A stretch of DNA of 64,000 bases from an uncultured bacterium (GTDB lineage Bacteria; Arandabacterota; Arandabacteria; Arandabacterales; Arandabacteraceae): assembly GCA_964356335.1 (NCBI GenBank), contig CAYHHI010000003.1, positions 162 through 64,161 of the forward strand, in the 5' to 3' direction. Positions 18,448 through 28,338 of this stretch are shown here, in pieces (position 1 is the first letter of the stretch; each line of letters starts with the position of its first letter). The notes beneath the pieces are model-generated. The model worked only from the letters and a program-made list of their open reading frames with translations, was not told where the DNA came from and ran no database searches. A program made the position numbers and the translations under genes.

Positions 18448-19083
18448 ATGACAAAAACCCAATTATGCGCTGTAGCCACATTCGCCGCCCTTGTTCTGAT
18501 GCTAACAGCAAGTCTGGCGGCGGAGGACCAGGGGCCGCATCAGGCTGCACAGCAGTATGTGTGGGCGACAGCGTCAGCGTCCCCTTCGCTTGATCCGGGC
18601 TTCGCAGGCTATTGGAAGTACTGCATCACCATCAACTGGGACATTACCAAGTATGGTGGCAAGCCGCATGGCCTGAGTCATATCTCCATTGTGCTGGGCC
18701 TCGAGAATTGTCCACTAGTGTGCAGACCGGGTTTCTTCGCATCAGCCGAAATGGCCGGCGGCGGGTCAGGCGAGGGGGGCTGTACTGCCCAGTACTACTT
18801 CGAATTCAACTGCAAAGGCGATCCCACGATCCCGCGGCCAGTTCCGACCATCAAGTTTGAACCTTATGGTGCCTGTCTGCCTGGCATCGCTGGCACGGCA
18901 AATGTGTGTTTCTACTCGCTGGCGCAGCCGAGGCCGGCCCAGACCTATACCGATGCCGTTTGGATGAAGTTTGGCCGAAATATCACAGCCGGTCCGATCG
19001 AGGGGATGCTTCCGAGCTGCATCACTCCAGAAGTTAGTGTCGAGCGATCGACATGGGGAGCGATCAAGGCGCTGTTTGACTGA
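18448..19083 (+). CDS. Secreted Cys-rich hypothetical protein ending in STWGAIKALFD
   Basis: ATG preceded by a G-rich/RBS region. Signal peptide MTKTQLCAVATFAALVLMLTASLAA. Ten or more Cys. The C-terminal tail nearly matches that of the 13239..14417 protein. Confidence 0.4.
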   Translation: MTKTQLCAVATFAALVLMLTASLAAEDQGPHQAAQQYVWATASASPSLDPGFAGYWKYCITINWDITKYGGKPHGLSHISIVLGLENCPLVCRPGFFASAEMAGGGSGEGGCTAQYYFEFNCKGDPTIPRPVPTIKFEPYGACLPGIAGTANVCFYSLAQPRPAQTYTDAVWMKFGRNITAGPIEGMLPSCITPEVSVERSTWGAIKALFD

Positions 19084-19275
19084 AATCTTAGTCCCACGCG
19101 ATCATCGGGAAGGCCCCGTCAGTCACGACGGGGTCTTTCAGTTTAGTACATCTGCCCAGCCCTATCTTCCCGGGATTGGTTTGAACCCAGGATTCCACCA
19201 AACATAGGCTTGACCTGGCTGGAGCGAATCGGTAGAATCCGCCCGAAGGTGATTCTTTAGACGGAGGGCGAGATC

Positions 19276-19725
19276 GTGCATTTCACGCTAATGTTCTGGA
19301 TATGGGTTGTGCTTGCTGCGTCATTCATAATCGGAGAGATCTTTACTGCGGGTTTCTACCTCTTCCCGTTCGCCGTTGGAACGGGGATTGCGGCGATTCT
19401 TACGCTCTTCGGACTGCCTTCCTGGCTCCAGTGGCTAACCTTCATTGTCGTATCATCTGTCCTGGTCATCTTTTCCCGACGGCTCGCCGAGAAGCTCACC
19501 AAGGAGCCGCCTGAAAAGGTCGGTGCTGAAAGGCTCGTAGGCCATGTGGGACTCTTGATCGAAGCGATAGACCCAGTCACTGACAGCGGGCGCGTGAGAG
19601 TCAAGAAGGACGAGTGGCGAGCAACGAGCGCGGATGGATCCAAGATCGATACGCACACTGAGGTCAGAGTCCTGAAAGTCGAGGGAGCGCATCTGGTGGT
19701 GGAGAGGGCTGAGGGCCAACGGTGA
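19276..19725 (+). CDS. NfeD family membrane protein (stomatin-operon partner, OB-fold C-terminus)
   Basis: Two or three N-terminal TM helices followed by a beta-rich C-terminal domain. Located immediately upstream of an SPFH gene. Confidence 0.8.
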   Translation: MHFTLMFWIWVVLAASFIIGEIFTAGFYLFPFAVGTGIAAILTLFGLPSWLQWLTFIVVSSVLVIFSRRLAEKLTKEPPEKVGAERLVGHVGLLIEAIDPVTDSGRVRVKKDEWRATSADGSKIDTHTEVRVLKVEGAHLVVERAEGQR

Positions 19726-19839
19726 TGAGGGAGGTGCGCACGGAAGCGCGCATCCGAGCACAGATCCAAGCACGCATCGGGTGGGGTGAGCGGGCCAAGT
19801 GAGTAGGCAGAGGATTTCGGGACCACAGGGAGGAAGGCC

Positions 19840-20781
19840 ATGGAACCGTTGGCAATAATCATCGGCATTATCATCTTCATGACTGCCGTCACGGGCATGA
19901 GGATCATCCGGCCCTATGAAAAGGGTCTGGTTGAGAGACTCGGCAAGTATCAGCGCACGGTTGGCAGCGGCCTGAGGCTCATCATCCCGCTCGTCGAGAG
20001 GCTCATTAAGGTTGATATGCGCGAGCAAGTTGTGGACGTTCCTCCCCAGGAAGTGATAACCAAGGATAATGTCGCCGTTACGGTCGATGCCGTTGTCTAT
20101 TACGAGGCTACGGATCCGGTGAAGCTAAAATACAACGTTGTTAACTTCACCCTCGCCGCCGTGAAACTCGCCCAGACCAACCTCAGAAACGTCGTTGGGG
20201 AGATGGCACTTGATGAATCCCTGACTGCTCGCGGAACCATAAATGCCAAGTTGCGTGCCGTCCTCGATGATGCGACTGACAAGTGGGGAGTACGGATTGT
20301 AAGAGTCGAGATCCAGAGGATTGAGCCGCCGGCCGACGTCACCGAGGCGATGCACAGACAGATGAAGGCGGAACGAGACAGGCGCGCCAAGATTCTCGAA
20401 GCCGAGGGCGACAAGCAGGCTGCCATAACAAGGGCCGAAGGCCAACGGCAATCAGCGATACTCCAGGCCGAAGGCCAGGCAGAAGCCATCCAGAAAGTGG
20501 CGACCGCGGACAAGTTCAAACTCACTACCGTGGCCGACGGCGAAGCCCAAGCCGTGACTAAGGTCTACAATGCCATCCATGAAGGTCGCCCCACAGCCGA
20601 TCTGATTGCCATAAAGTATCTTGAGGCCTTGCGCTGGGTCGCGGAAGGCAAAGCTACCAAGATATTCCTTCCGATTGAAACCTCGGGCATTCTAGGGAGC
20701 CTTGCAGGTATCGGTGAGATCTTCCGCGAAGTCCGGGGCGATAAGGACACGAAGCAGGAGGATCCTCCAAGGGTGAAGTAA
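19840..20781 (+). CDS. SPFH/Band-7 (stomatin-like) protein
   Basis: N-terminal TM, SPFH domain, and an Ala/Glu/Gln-rich coiled-coil tail ([20 protein letters not shown]). Confidence 0.85.
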   Translation: MEPLAIIIGIIIFMTAVTGMRIIRPYEKGLVERLGKYQRTVGSGLRLIIPLVERLIKVDMREQVVDVPPQEVITKDNVAVTVDAVVYYEATDPVKLKYNVVNFTLAAVKLAQTNLRNVVGEMALDESLTARGTINAKLRAVLDDATDKWGVRIVRVEIQRIEPPADVTEAMHRQMKAERDRRAKILEAEGDKQAAITRAEGQRQSAILQAEGQAEAIQKVATADKFKLTTVADGEAQAVTKVYNAIHEGRPTADLIAIKYLEALRWVAEGKATKIFLPIETSGILGSLAGIGEIFREVRGDKDTKQEDPPRVK

Positions 20782-21025
20782 GTTAGGTTCACGCCGATGC
20801 TAGTGCCTTGCACGGCAGGTGCCGCCATATCCAGCCGCTGAGATTGCCGTGTTTGGCTTATCTTTGCTGTTCCTGCCACGGGTTACGACCCACCCATAAT
20901 GTAGGGCACGAGACCAGCCGATATTGATACGGGAAGCCGTACGCCTTTATGTCTGGTATTGCGCAGACCCACATTTGGCATGGGTCTTAAGACAGCACCG
21001 GGTTCTGATTTTGGAGGAGGGTCAA

Positions 21026-23251
21026 ATGCCGCGTCGCAAGTATCCAAACAGGTCATTTATGAATTCCATTCTGACCAGTCTTGCTTTGCTTGTAGCCATG
21101 CTCGCGGCGGGGCCGAGTGTTGCAGGCACGCCTGTCAACAGTGGCGCCGATGCAGAGCGCGAGAATGCACCAGGCCTGGTTCCAAGCGTGGCGCAGTCAA
21201 GGCCGGTCATGGCCGAAGAACCGGCTCCGGGCAAGGGCTTCGTTCCACCGCCTTTTTATCTTCCAAGCGTCGATGCTCCAGCGCCCGGCATCTCTCTTCC
21301 CCTTGTGGCCAGGTTCGACTGGCGCGAAACAGGCAAGGTCACATCGGTCAAGAACCAGGGCGCATGCGGATCGTGTTATGCCTTCGCCTCAGCCGCCACC
21401 CTCGAGTCTAAGCTCCTCATAGACGATGAAGGCACTTTCGATTTCTCCGAAAACAACATCAAAGAGTGTGATTACTATGGGTCAAGCTGCGGCGGCGGCA
21501 ACTTCTGGCGGGTAGCCAATCTTCTCTCGACCAGGGGCACGGTGCTCGAGGCTTGTGATCCCTATGTCGCGAGCGACGTTACCTGCAAGGGCACCTGTGC
21601 TTACGCAGCGACGCTTCTTGACTGGCGTGAATTCTCGCACGACGCGATCCCGGACGTCGCCACAATCAAAGCCTATCTTCAGACTTACGGGCCCATCTAT
21701 ACCGCCATGAATGCGGGTCACGGCGATGCCTGGGACACCGAGTTCGGCCACTATGATGGTTCATACACGCTTTACTGCGGTGCGACGGGCACCTCAAACC
21801 ATGCTGTCTTGATAGTGGGTTGGGATGACAACTTGACTCACGCCGACGGACAGGGCGCCTGGATCGTGAAGAATAGCTGGGGGACATCATGGGGTGGCGC
21901 ATGCGGCTATGGCACCGAGCGGGGTTACTTCACGCTTGCCTACGGCTCCGCCAACATAGGCTCGTGGGCGTCATTCCTCTCCACCTGGCAAGCCTATGAC
22001 ACAGACGGATCACTGCTCTACTACGACGAAGCCGGGTACACCAACAGCGTTGGCTACGGTACGACAACTGCCTGGGGCTTCTGCAAGTCCATCCCTGTGG
22101 ACGATGTCATCTTGAAGCGGGTGGAGTTCTGGACCTGTGATGCGACCCCTGACGTTGACGTTTACATCTATGATAACTTCAACGGCACGTCGCTCTCGAA
22201 CCTTATCGCAAGCAAGCTCAATAGCTCCTTCGATCTGCCGGGTTATCATTCGGTAGAGATCGCATCCGTTCCTCGGGTGTCCTCCGGTAACGACGTTTAT
22301 GTGGTCGTTAAGATCACCGACGCTTCTTATAAGTATCCCTTGACCTATGACTCGGTCGGCCCGAGATCGGCGGCAACCTCCTATATAAGCTCTAATGGTT
22401 CATCATGGTCGGAATGGACTCCGGGCGATCTCGGCATACGGCTCAGAGTGACCAAGGATGGCGTGTGTAGCGTCGTCACCGAGAAGCCGGCGCTGGTCAG
22501 TGTCCGTGACTTGCCCGGTGATAACGGCGGCCACGTCAGGCTCACCTGGAAAAGGAGCGCCTATGATGACGAAGGGACTTCGCCTGAGATCAAGCGCTAC
22601 AAGATCTGGCGCAAGCGAACCGAGGTGCTGTATTCAACCCTGAGCCTCGGGGGGGGCATGCAGGAAAGTGACGTACCCGCCACTCCCAGGGGGCCCTACG
22701 AACACGGTGAGACTGGTGCCGCATGGGAGCTGGTTGGGGTTGTGCCGGCTTCGGGCGCGTGCAATTACACCTTTGATGCCCACACATCTTGTGACTCGAG
22801 CTCCGGGGATGCTTGCTGGACCAAGTTCTACATCTCCGCACACACGGGCAGAGTGGGGCAGCACTATGATTCCCCTGTCGATAGCGGCTACTCGGTGGAT
22901 AATCTCCTCGCCGTTGACAACGGGTGTCGTGAAGGCAAGCCGGTTCCCGACGTTCCAGATGAGGGAGGCGTGAGAGTGACACATCTCGAGGTCCCCGAGC
23001 CCAATCCCGGGGCGGGCGGCTTCGTCATCCGCTATGATATCGGCACGTCGGGCTGGGTCCGGCTGGACGTTTATGACATTGCCGGCAGACGTGTCGCGAT
23101 GCTTGTTGACGGGGACACAGACGCTGGCCGCCACGTGGCCAGATGGGATTCGAGGATGGCCGATCAGTCCTGCGTGGCGCCCGGAATGTATTTCGTGAGG
23201 CTAATGACGCGTACCGAAACCCACACTGCAAAGCTGGTCCTGGTGCGATAG
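21026..23251 (+). CDS. Secreted papain-like cysteine peptidase (C1 family) with T9SS-type C-terminal sorting domain
   Basis: RBS GGAGGAGG then ATG. Signal peptide. Catalytic Cys motif QGACGSCYAF, His block NHAVLIVGWDD, and NSWGTSWG. The C-terminus GGFVIRYDI...VRLDVYDIAGRRVAML...GMYFVRLMT...KLVLVR is Por_Secre_tail-like. Confidence 0.8.
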   Translation: MPRRKYPNRSFMNSILTSLALLVAMLAAGPSVAGTPVNSGADAERENAPGLVPSVAQSRPVMAEEPAPGKGFVPPPFYLPSVDAPAPGISLPLVARFDWRETGKVTSVKNQGACGSCYAFASAATLESKLLIDDEGTFDFSENNIKECDYYGSSCGGGNFWRVANLLSTRGTVLEACDPYVASDVTCKGTCAYAATLLDWREFSHDAIPDVATIKAYLQTYGPIYTAMNAGHGDAWDTEFGHYDGSYTLYCGATGTSNHAVLIVGWDDNLTHADGQGAWIVKNSWGTSWGGACGYGTERGYFTLAYGSANIGSWASFLSTWQAYDTDGSLLYYDEAGYTNSVGYGTTTAWGFCKSIPVDDVILKRVEFWTCDATPDVDVYIYDNFNGTSLSNLIASKLNSSFDLPGYHSVEIASVPRVSSGNDVYVVVKITDASYKYPLTYDSVGPRSAATSYISSNGSSWSEWTPGDLGIRLRVTKDGVCSVVTEKPALVSVRDLPGDNGGHVRLTWKRSAYDDEGTSPEIKRYKIWRKRTEVLYSTLSLGGGMQESDVPATPRGPYEHGETGAAWELVGVVPASGACNYTFDAHTSCDSSSGDACWTKFYISAHTGRVGQHYDSPVDSGYSVDNLLAVDNGCREGKPVPDVPDEGGVRVTHLEVPEPNPGAGGFVIRYDIGTSGWVRLDVYDIAGRRVAMLVDGDTDAGRHVARWDSRMADQSCVAPGMYFVRLMTRTETHTAKLVLVR

Positions 23252-23289
23252 ATACTCCAACATGCCAATCGGTTCCGATGCGACAAGAA

Positions 23290-23613
23290 GCCGCAGCGGG
23301 GTCTGAGTCGGAGGCGAATGTAGTATTGAGCCGGAGATCAGCCCCGCAAGGCGGAGTCAGTGGTGCGTCGCCGCCGGATGCCCTTCGGTTAGAACCCCAA
23401 GCCCTTCGGGCCATCCGTCGGCTCGGCACGGCGATCGCAGCGTGTGTGGAACGTTCGCGAAGAGCCGTAGCGGGGTCTGGATCGGAGGCGAATGTAGTAT
23501 TGAGCCGGAGATCAGCCCCGCAAGGCGGAGTCAGTGGTGCGTCGCCGCCGGATGCCCTTCGGTTAGAACCCCATGCCCTTCGGGCTATCCGTCGGCTCGG
23601 CACGGCGATCGCA
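23290..23613. repeat. Near-identical 150-bp direct tandem repeat (two units, 24-bp spacer, about 97% identical) in the intergenic region between the two C1 peptidase genes
   Basis: Unit 1 is 23290-23439 and unit 2 is 23464-23613. They differ at about 5 positions. Each unit contains two CUUCGG tetraloop hairpins (gcccttcggg) and a ccgcaaggcgg hairpin. This repeat creates the spurious minus-strand ORF 23025..23603. Confidence 0.8.
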
Positions 23614-23703
23614 AGGGCTGCGAAATGTCTTCCCTTGCCATCATGGCTGCCGATTTGTAGAGTTACCTATGACCACGACGCGGTCTCCGGGAGGGTGCCC
23701 TTG

Positions 23704-25968
23704 GTGAAGAGAATATCCGGTGTGGCTGTTCTTCTTGCGCTGATTCTCTTCACGTCGTCAATCTCGTTAGGCACTGAGGACGCCCCCCATGGATATGGCA
23801 TTATCCAGATGGGGTTTGAACGCACCCCCTTCAAAGCGAAGGTGCCGGTCGGGCTTGCACCTCTGCCCGCCAGGTATGACTGCAGAGAACGGGGCGAGGT
23901 GAGCCCCGTAAAAGACCAGGGCTCATGCGGGGCGTGTTACGCGTTTGCCTCGCTTGCCGATTTCGAATCCAAACTGCTGGTTGCTGGCGAGGGCCTGTTC
24001 GACTTCTCCGAGAACAACATCAAGGAATGCCAGTACTATTACTATCTGGGCGTGTGTTTCGGCGGCGCCTACTGGTTAGCGGCCAATTACCTTTCCACGG
24101 CAGGCACTGTGTGGGAATCATGCGATCCGTATCAGTCATCGATGACGGGCTGCAAGTCAACCTGCACTTACCTGAAGACCCTGCTTGACTGGCGTGCAAT
24201 CTCGGAACGCTGGATAGCGGATACCGACGTTCTGAAAGCTTACATCATGGCCTATGGCCCGATCTATGTGCATGTCTATGCAGGCGTATCTGGTGATCCT
24301 TGGCAGCTCCAATTCCAACGTTATGATGGACAGTACACCCTGTATTACGATGGAGGAGCCACGGAGCCAAACCACGCGGGGCTGATAGTTGGCTGGGATG
24401 ACAACATCAGTCACGTGGGTGGGCAGGGTGCCTGGATTGTGAAGAACAGCTGGGGGACAGAGTGGGGTGGACCCTGTGGATACGGCGACGAAAGTGGCTA
24501 CTACACTATCGCATACGGCTCTGCGCTGATCGGTTGGGGTGCATCGTTTCTCTATGAGTGGCAGGATTATGATCCCAATGGACGGCTGCTGTATTATGAC
24601 GAAGGCGGCTATACCAAGAGTGCGGGCTTTGGGAGCACGACAGCATGGGCGCTGTGCACATTCGTCCCTGAGGAAGACCTTCTCCTCCAGCGCGTGGAAT
24701 TCTGGTCATTCGATCCCATCGCCGATGCAGACGCCTATATCTATGATGATTTTGACGGCGGCACCCTGTCTCATCTGCTGACCAGCCAGCTCGACTACAC
24801 GGTCGATCTCATGGGCTATCACTCCATAAAGCTCGCCGAGCATCCCTTCGTCCGCGCCGGCGACAGCATATACGTGGCCATGAAGATCACGGCCGAATCG
24901 GACACCGCTCCGATTCCGTTTGATCGCTACGGACCCAAGACGCCGCATGCCTGCTACACGAGCCCAGATGGCAGCGTATGGTCGGAATTCACCAGGGGCG
25001 ACATCGGCATCAGATTGCGTGGTATCGTTAACACGGACAGGACGCCACCTTCGATATCGATTTCGGTGTTCCAGAATCCATATATAACGAATCATCTCGA
25101 CGTTTACCTGATATCCTCGGAGGCGCTGGCCACCTCCAGCGTCAGCGTTAAGGTGAATAGTTCCCCGATTACGATGGTAGCCAATGACGTACTGAAGTAT
25201 GTGTACCGTGGTGATTATGACCTCTGCTGTACGGGGCCGCTTCCTATCGAGGCCTGCGCCAGAGATCTGAGCTACAATGACTCCTGTGCTACACGCGTCT
25301 TATTCTCATCGTTGATCCTCGCATCATCCGGAGGGACTGCGAGGAGTCTTGACGGCCGGTGTGAAATGCGCATTCCGGGTGGGGCGACACGGCGGGATGC
25401 ATACGTGCTTGTTTCCGAGGTGAGAACGGGCAGCCCAGGGCGAGGGGCAGTCTATGAGATCTCGCCAGCGGGACTCGACCTGAGCGAATTCGTGGAGATC
25501 GGGATCGGTTACGCTGACACCACGAGCGAGCCTGAGCATCTATGCATTGCGAAGGTTACGGGCGAAGGCGTGAGACAGCTTGAGTCCTTCGTCGATCGGG
25601 AGCGGCAAAGGATTGTCGCGTACGCAGACTCCCTGGGGTCTTACGAACTCTACGAGTCTCGTGATGTTCTGAGCTCGCCCTTAGGCAGCGGCAGCCTGAT
25701 TCTCTCTCAGAATTATCCTAATCCTTTCCAGGGGCGAACCAACATATCCTTCCAGGTCCCGCAAGCGGGGCACCTCACGCTCTACGTTGTCACAGTGGAA
25801 GGAAGAATCGTGACCAAGCTCTGGGAGGGTGACGTGACCTGCGGTATGCACCGTCAGGAGTGGGACGGAACCGACTCGCGAGGGAAGAAGGTCGCGAGCG
25901 GCGTCTATTATTTGCGAGTCGAGACCATTGGCGGCAATGCCACGCGAAAGATGGTAATCTTAAATTAA
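23704..25968 (+). CDS. Second secreted C1-family cysteine peptidase, paralogous to the upstream gene, with canonical Por_Secre_tail (T9SS) C-terminal domain
   Basis: GTG/TTG start after GGGAGGG. Signal peptide KRISGVAVLLALILFTSSISLG. Motifs QGSCGACYAF and NHAGLIVGWDD. The C-terminus QNYPNPFQGRTNISF...LYVVTVEGRIV...SGVYYLRVE...RKMVILN is the TIGR04183-type hallmark. The annotated long ORF start (23143) runs through the tandem repeat and was rejected. Confidence 0.8.
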   Translation: MKRISGVAVLLALILFTSSISLGTEDAPHGYGIIQMGFERTPFKAKVPVGLAPLPARYDCRERGEVSPVKDQGSCGACYAFASLADFESKLLVAGEGLFDFSENNIKECQYYYYLGVCFGGAYWLAANYLSTAGTVWESCDPYQSSMTGCKSTCTYLKTLLDWRAISERWIADTDVLKAYIMAYGPIYVHVYAGVSGDPWQLQFQRYDGQYTLYYDGGATEPNHAGLIVGWDDNISHVGGQGAWIVKNSWGTEWGGPCGYGDESGYYTIAYGSALIGWGASFLYEWQDYDPNGRLLYYDEGGYTKSAGFGSTTAWALCTFVPEEDLLLQRVEFWSFDPIADADAYIYDDFDGGTLSHLLTSQLDYTVDLMGYHSIKLAEHPFVRAGDSIYVAMKITAESDTAPIPFDRYGPKTPHACYTSPDGSVWSEFTRGDIGIRLRGIVNTDRTPPSISISVFQNPYITNHLDVYLISSEALATSSVSVKVNSSPITMVANDVLKYVYRGDYDLCCTGPLPIEACARDLSYNDSCATRVLFSSLILASSGGTARSLDGRCEMRIPGGATRRDAYVLVSEVRTGSPGRGAVYEISPAGLDLSEFVEIGIGYADTTSEPEHLCIAKVTGEGVRQLESFVDRERQRIVAYADSLGSYELYESRDVLSSPLGSGSLILSQNYPNPFQGRTNISFQVPQAGHLTLYVVTVEGRIVTKLWEGDVTCGMHRQEWDGTDSRGKKVASGVYYLRVETIGGNATRKMVILN

Positions 25969-26053
25969 AGCTTGCAATTTCGGCCAGCCCTGGCTTAAAT
26001 TGCTCGGCGTGTGAATTCGCGGGAACATCGTAGTCTCAGCCAGGCTTTGGGAT

Positions 26054-27289
26054 ATGAGAAGAATCAAGTACTATGTTTTCAAGTTTGTCGTGATGGCTTT
26101 CCTTGGGCTATCGATCCTTCTGGTCTTCAAGCCCCACGAACCGGCCGTCGACCGCGAGAGTCCCCCGGCGCCTGCCAAGCCGGAAACTACTGAGATAAGC
26201 GTCCAGGACACGCTTTCGCGCGGGGAGTCGCTGTACGCCTCGCTCCTCTCAAAGGGCATAGCGGCCTCCAAGGCCCTGAATGTGCTTGCTGTCCTGGGAC
26301 AGCGCCTGAACCTGAGATCCTGCGGGACGGGTGATTCCTACATTGCATCTCTTGACGAAACAGGAACAATAGTTTCGCTCCTCTACAGGAAGGGCTTCAA
26401 GCAGTTGTTCAAGGTACGTAACGACTCATTGGGTTACGTCGTGAGCCAGGGTGTGGTTGAGCCCGCCGGTGTCACGCGGCGAGTTGAAGGAGTGATCAGG
26501 TCATCCTTATGGGAAGCTTTCACGGACATGGGTGAGGATCCGCGCATCGCCCTGAAGCTTGCCGATGTCTTCGCATGGGAAATCGACTTCGTCACCGACC
26601 CGAGGGTTGGCGACAGTTTCACCATAGTCTTTGAGGAGCTCGAGTACCCTGGTGGCGAGGTTGAGATTGGCGATATTCTTTGCTCAAAGTACGTCAATGA
26701 GGGGAAGGAACACTTGGTCTTCAGATTCAGCGATGAAGATGGGGATCCCGGCTACTACGATTCTGACGGCAGCTCGGCAAGGCGCGTCTTCCTGAAGTCG
26801 CCTTTGAGCTACCGGCGCATCTCGAGCTTCTTCTCAAATGCCAGGTTCCACCCCATCCTCAAGGTCTACCGCCCGCACCATGGAGTGGATTACTCAGCGC
26901 CGCGCGGCACGCCTATTGTCTCGATAGGTGATGGGCGCGTAGTACAGGCAGGCTGGAATGGGGGCTTCGGCAAATATGTCGAGATAAGGCACAACAATGT
27001 CTACGCCTCCTGCTATGGTCACCTCTCAGGCTATGGCGGTGGCGTCAAGCGGGGTGCACGGGTCAGCCAGGGACAGGTGATTGGCTACGTCGGCTCGACC
27101 GGGCTTTCGACAGGGCCTCATCTGGATTTCAGAATCAAGAAATTCGACTCCTACGTAAATCCGCTTACCATAGACTGTCCGCGAGCCGAACCTGTGAGCG
27201 CGGATCACAGGCAAGAGTTCTTTGATCTTCGAGATGTGATGCTCAAGGCGCTCAATTGCAACCAGATTGCCGCAGTTGGAACCCCCTGA
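26054..27289 (+). CDS. M23 family metallopeptidase (LytM/NlpD-like) with N-terminal TM anchor
   Basis: HHGVDYSAP...GDGRVV...GHLSGY...GSTGLSTGPHLDF motifs (HxxxD and HxH). Confidence 0.85.
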   Translation: MRRIKYYVFKFVVMAFLGLSILLVFKPHEPAVDRESPPAPAKPETTEISVQDTLSRGESLYASLLSKGIAASKALNVLAVLGQRLNLRSCGTGDSYIASLDETGTIVSLLYRKGFKQLFKVRNDSLGYVVSQGVVEPAGVTRRVEGVIRSSLWEAFTDMGEDPRIALKLADVFAWEIDFVTDPRVGDSFTIVFEELEYPGGEVEIGDILCSKYVNEGKEHLVFRFSDEDGDPGYYDSDGSSARRVFLKSPLSYRRISSFFSNARFHPILKVYRPHHGVDYSAPRGTPIVSIGDGRVVQAGWNGGFGKYVEIRHNNVYASCYGHLSGYGGGVKRGARVSQGQVIGYVGSTGLSTGPHLDFRIKKFDSYVNPLTIDCPRAEPVSADHRQEFFDLRDVMLKALNCNQIAAVGTP

Positions 27290-27583
27290 CGGGACCAGGC
27301 CTGCAACCTGTGAGTTGAATACCCTCGAGTTTCTCCGGCAACTTTCGCAATGGCAATCGCAGCAGCCCTCGCGGCAGTGGTAGCGGCAGATGCACAGTCT
27401 GGCTTTTGCTTGACTGCCCGACACCGACTGGTTAGACTCGACTCCAATTCGAGATTAGCGATCAAATGAGATTAGAGACTAACTGAGAGCATCGCGAAGA
27501 CATCTTGGAAGGTAGGTGCAGGATCGCAATTCAGAGAGGGCTCCTGCCCTGAGCCTCGGCAGCAACATGAAGTGAGGTATTGA

Positions 27584-28327
27584 ATGATGGCTGTAAGAAA
27601 CCTGGAAAGGCTTCACGCTTCGGTGCGTGCTGATGTCGAGGCCTACTGCAGAAGACTGGTCGCGGCACTTGGCACAAGCATCAAATCGATTTCGGTTTAC
27701 GGGAGTGCGACGGGGCCCGACTACATTCCGACGAAGTCCAATGTCAACATAGTCGTAGTGCTGGAAACCTTGGGCGCGGAGTCTCTCACCCGCACACTGG
27801 ATGTCGTCGATATGGGAAGGAAGCGGAAGATCGTCCCGCCGCTTCTGGTGACGCAGGAGTACGTAAGATCGTCCCTGGACGTTTTCCCAATAGAGTATCT
27901 GGAGATAAAGGACAGCCAGGTTGTCATCTACGGGGATGACTTCTTTTCGGGAATCGAAGTTGGGCGAGACTACTTGCGATTGGAATGCGAATCGCAGCTC
28001 AGGGCAGCCGTTCTTCGTACTCGTCAGGCCTATCTCGAACTCGGCAAGAAGAAACGAGGTCCCGAGCAGGTGTTGCACACCTCGGTGACATCGCTGATTC
28101 CCGTTTTTAGGGCGATGCTGAGGCTCAAGGGGACGGAAGTGCCCCGGCGTAAGATCGAGGCAGTCGAGGCCGTGGAGAAGGTTTTTGGCTTTGACACCAA
28201 GACCTTCGCAGCGATCCTTCGTGACAAGGCCGGAGATGAGAGGATAGATGGGAAGGATGCTCATCGTGTGCTTGCCGAGTATATTGATGCCGTGGAAGGG
28301 CTCGCGGGTCGGCTGGATCAACTGTAG
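27584..28327 (+). CDS. Nucleotidyltransferase-domain protein (Pol-beta-like NTase fold)
   Basis: VYGSATGPDY...NVNIVVV matches a GS/Asp-containing minimal NTase motif. The rest is helical. Confidence 0.5.
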   Translation: MMAVRNLERLHASVRADVEAYCRRLVAALGTSIKSISVYGSATGPDYIPTKSNVNIVVVLETLGAESLTRTLDVVDMGRKRKIVPPLLVTQEYVRSSLDVFPIEYLEIKDSQVVIYGDDFFSGIEVGRDYLRLECESQLRAAVLRTRQAYLELGKKKRGPEQVLHTSVTSLIPVFRAMLRLKGTEVPRRKIEAVEAVEKVFGFDTKTFAAILRDKAGDERIDGKDAHRVLAEYIDAVEGLAGRLDQL

Positions 28328-28338
28328 GAAGGACCGCA

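Noticed and set aside
23025-23603. 192-aa minus-strand ORF with an internally repeated peptide
   Set aside because: It is generated entirely by the 150-bp tandem DNA repeat and lies in an intergenic leader, so it is not a gene.
23143-23703. Annotated 5' extension of the second peptidase ORF, giving 941 aa
   Set aside because: The extension runs through the tandem repeat and has no signal peptide. A GTG/TTG start with RBS GGGAGGG at about 23704 directly precedes a canonical signal peptide.
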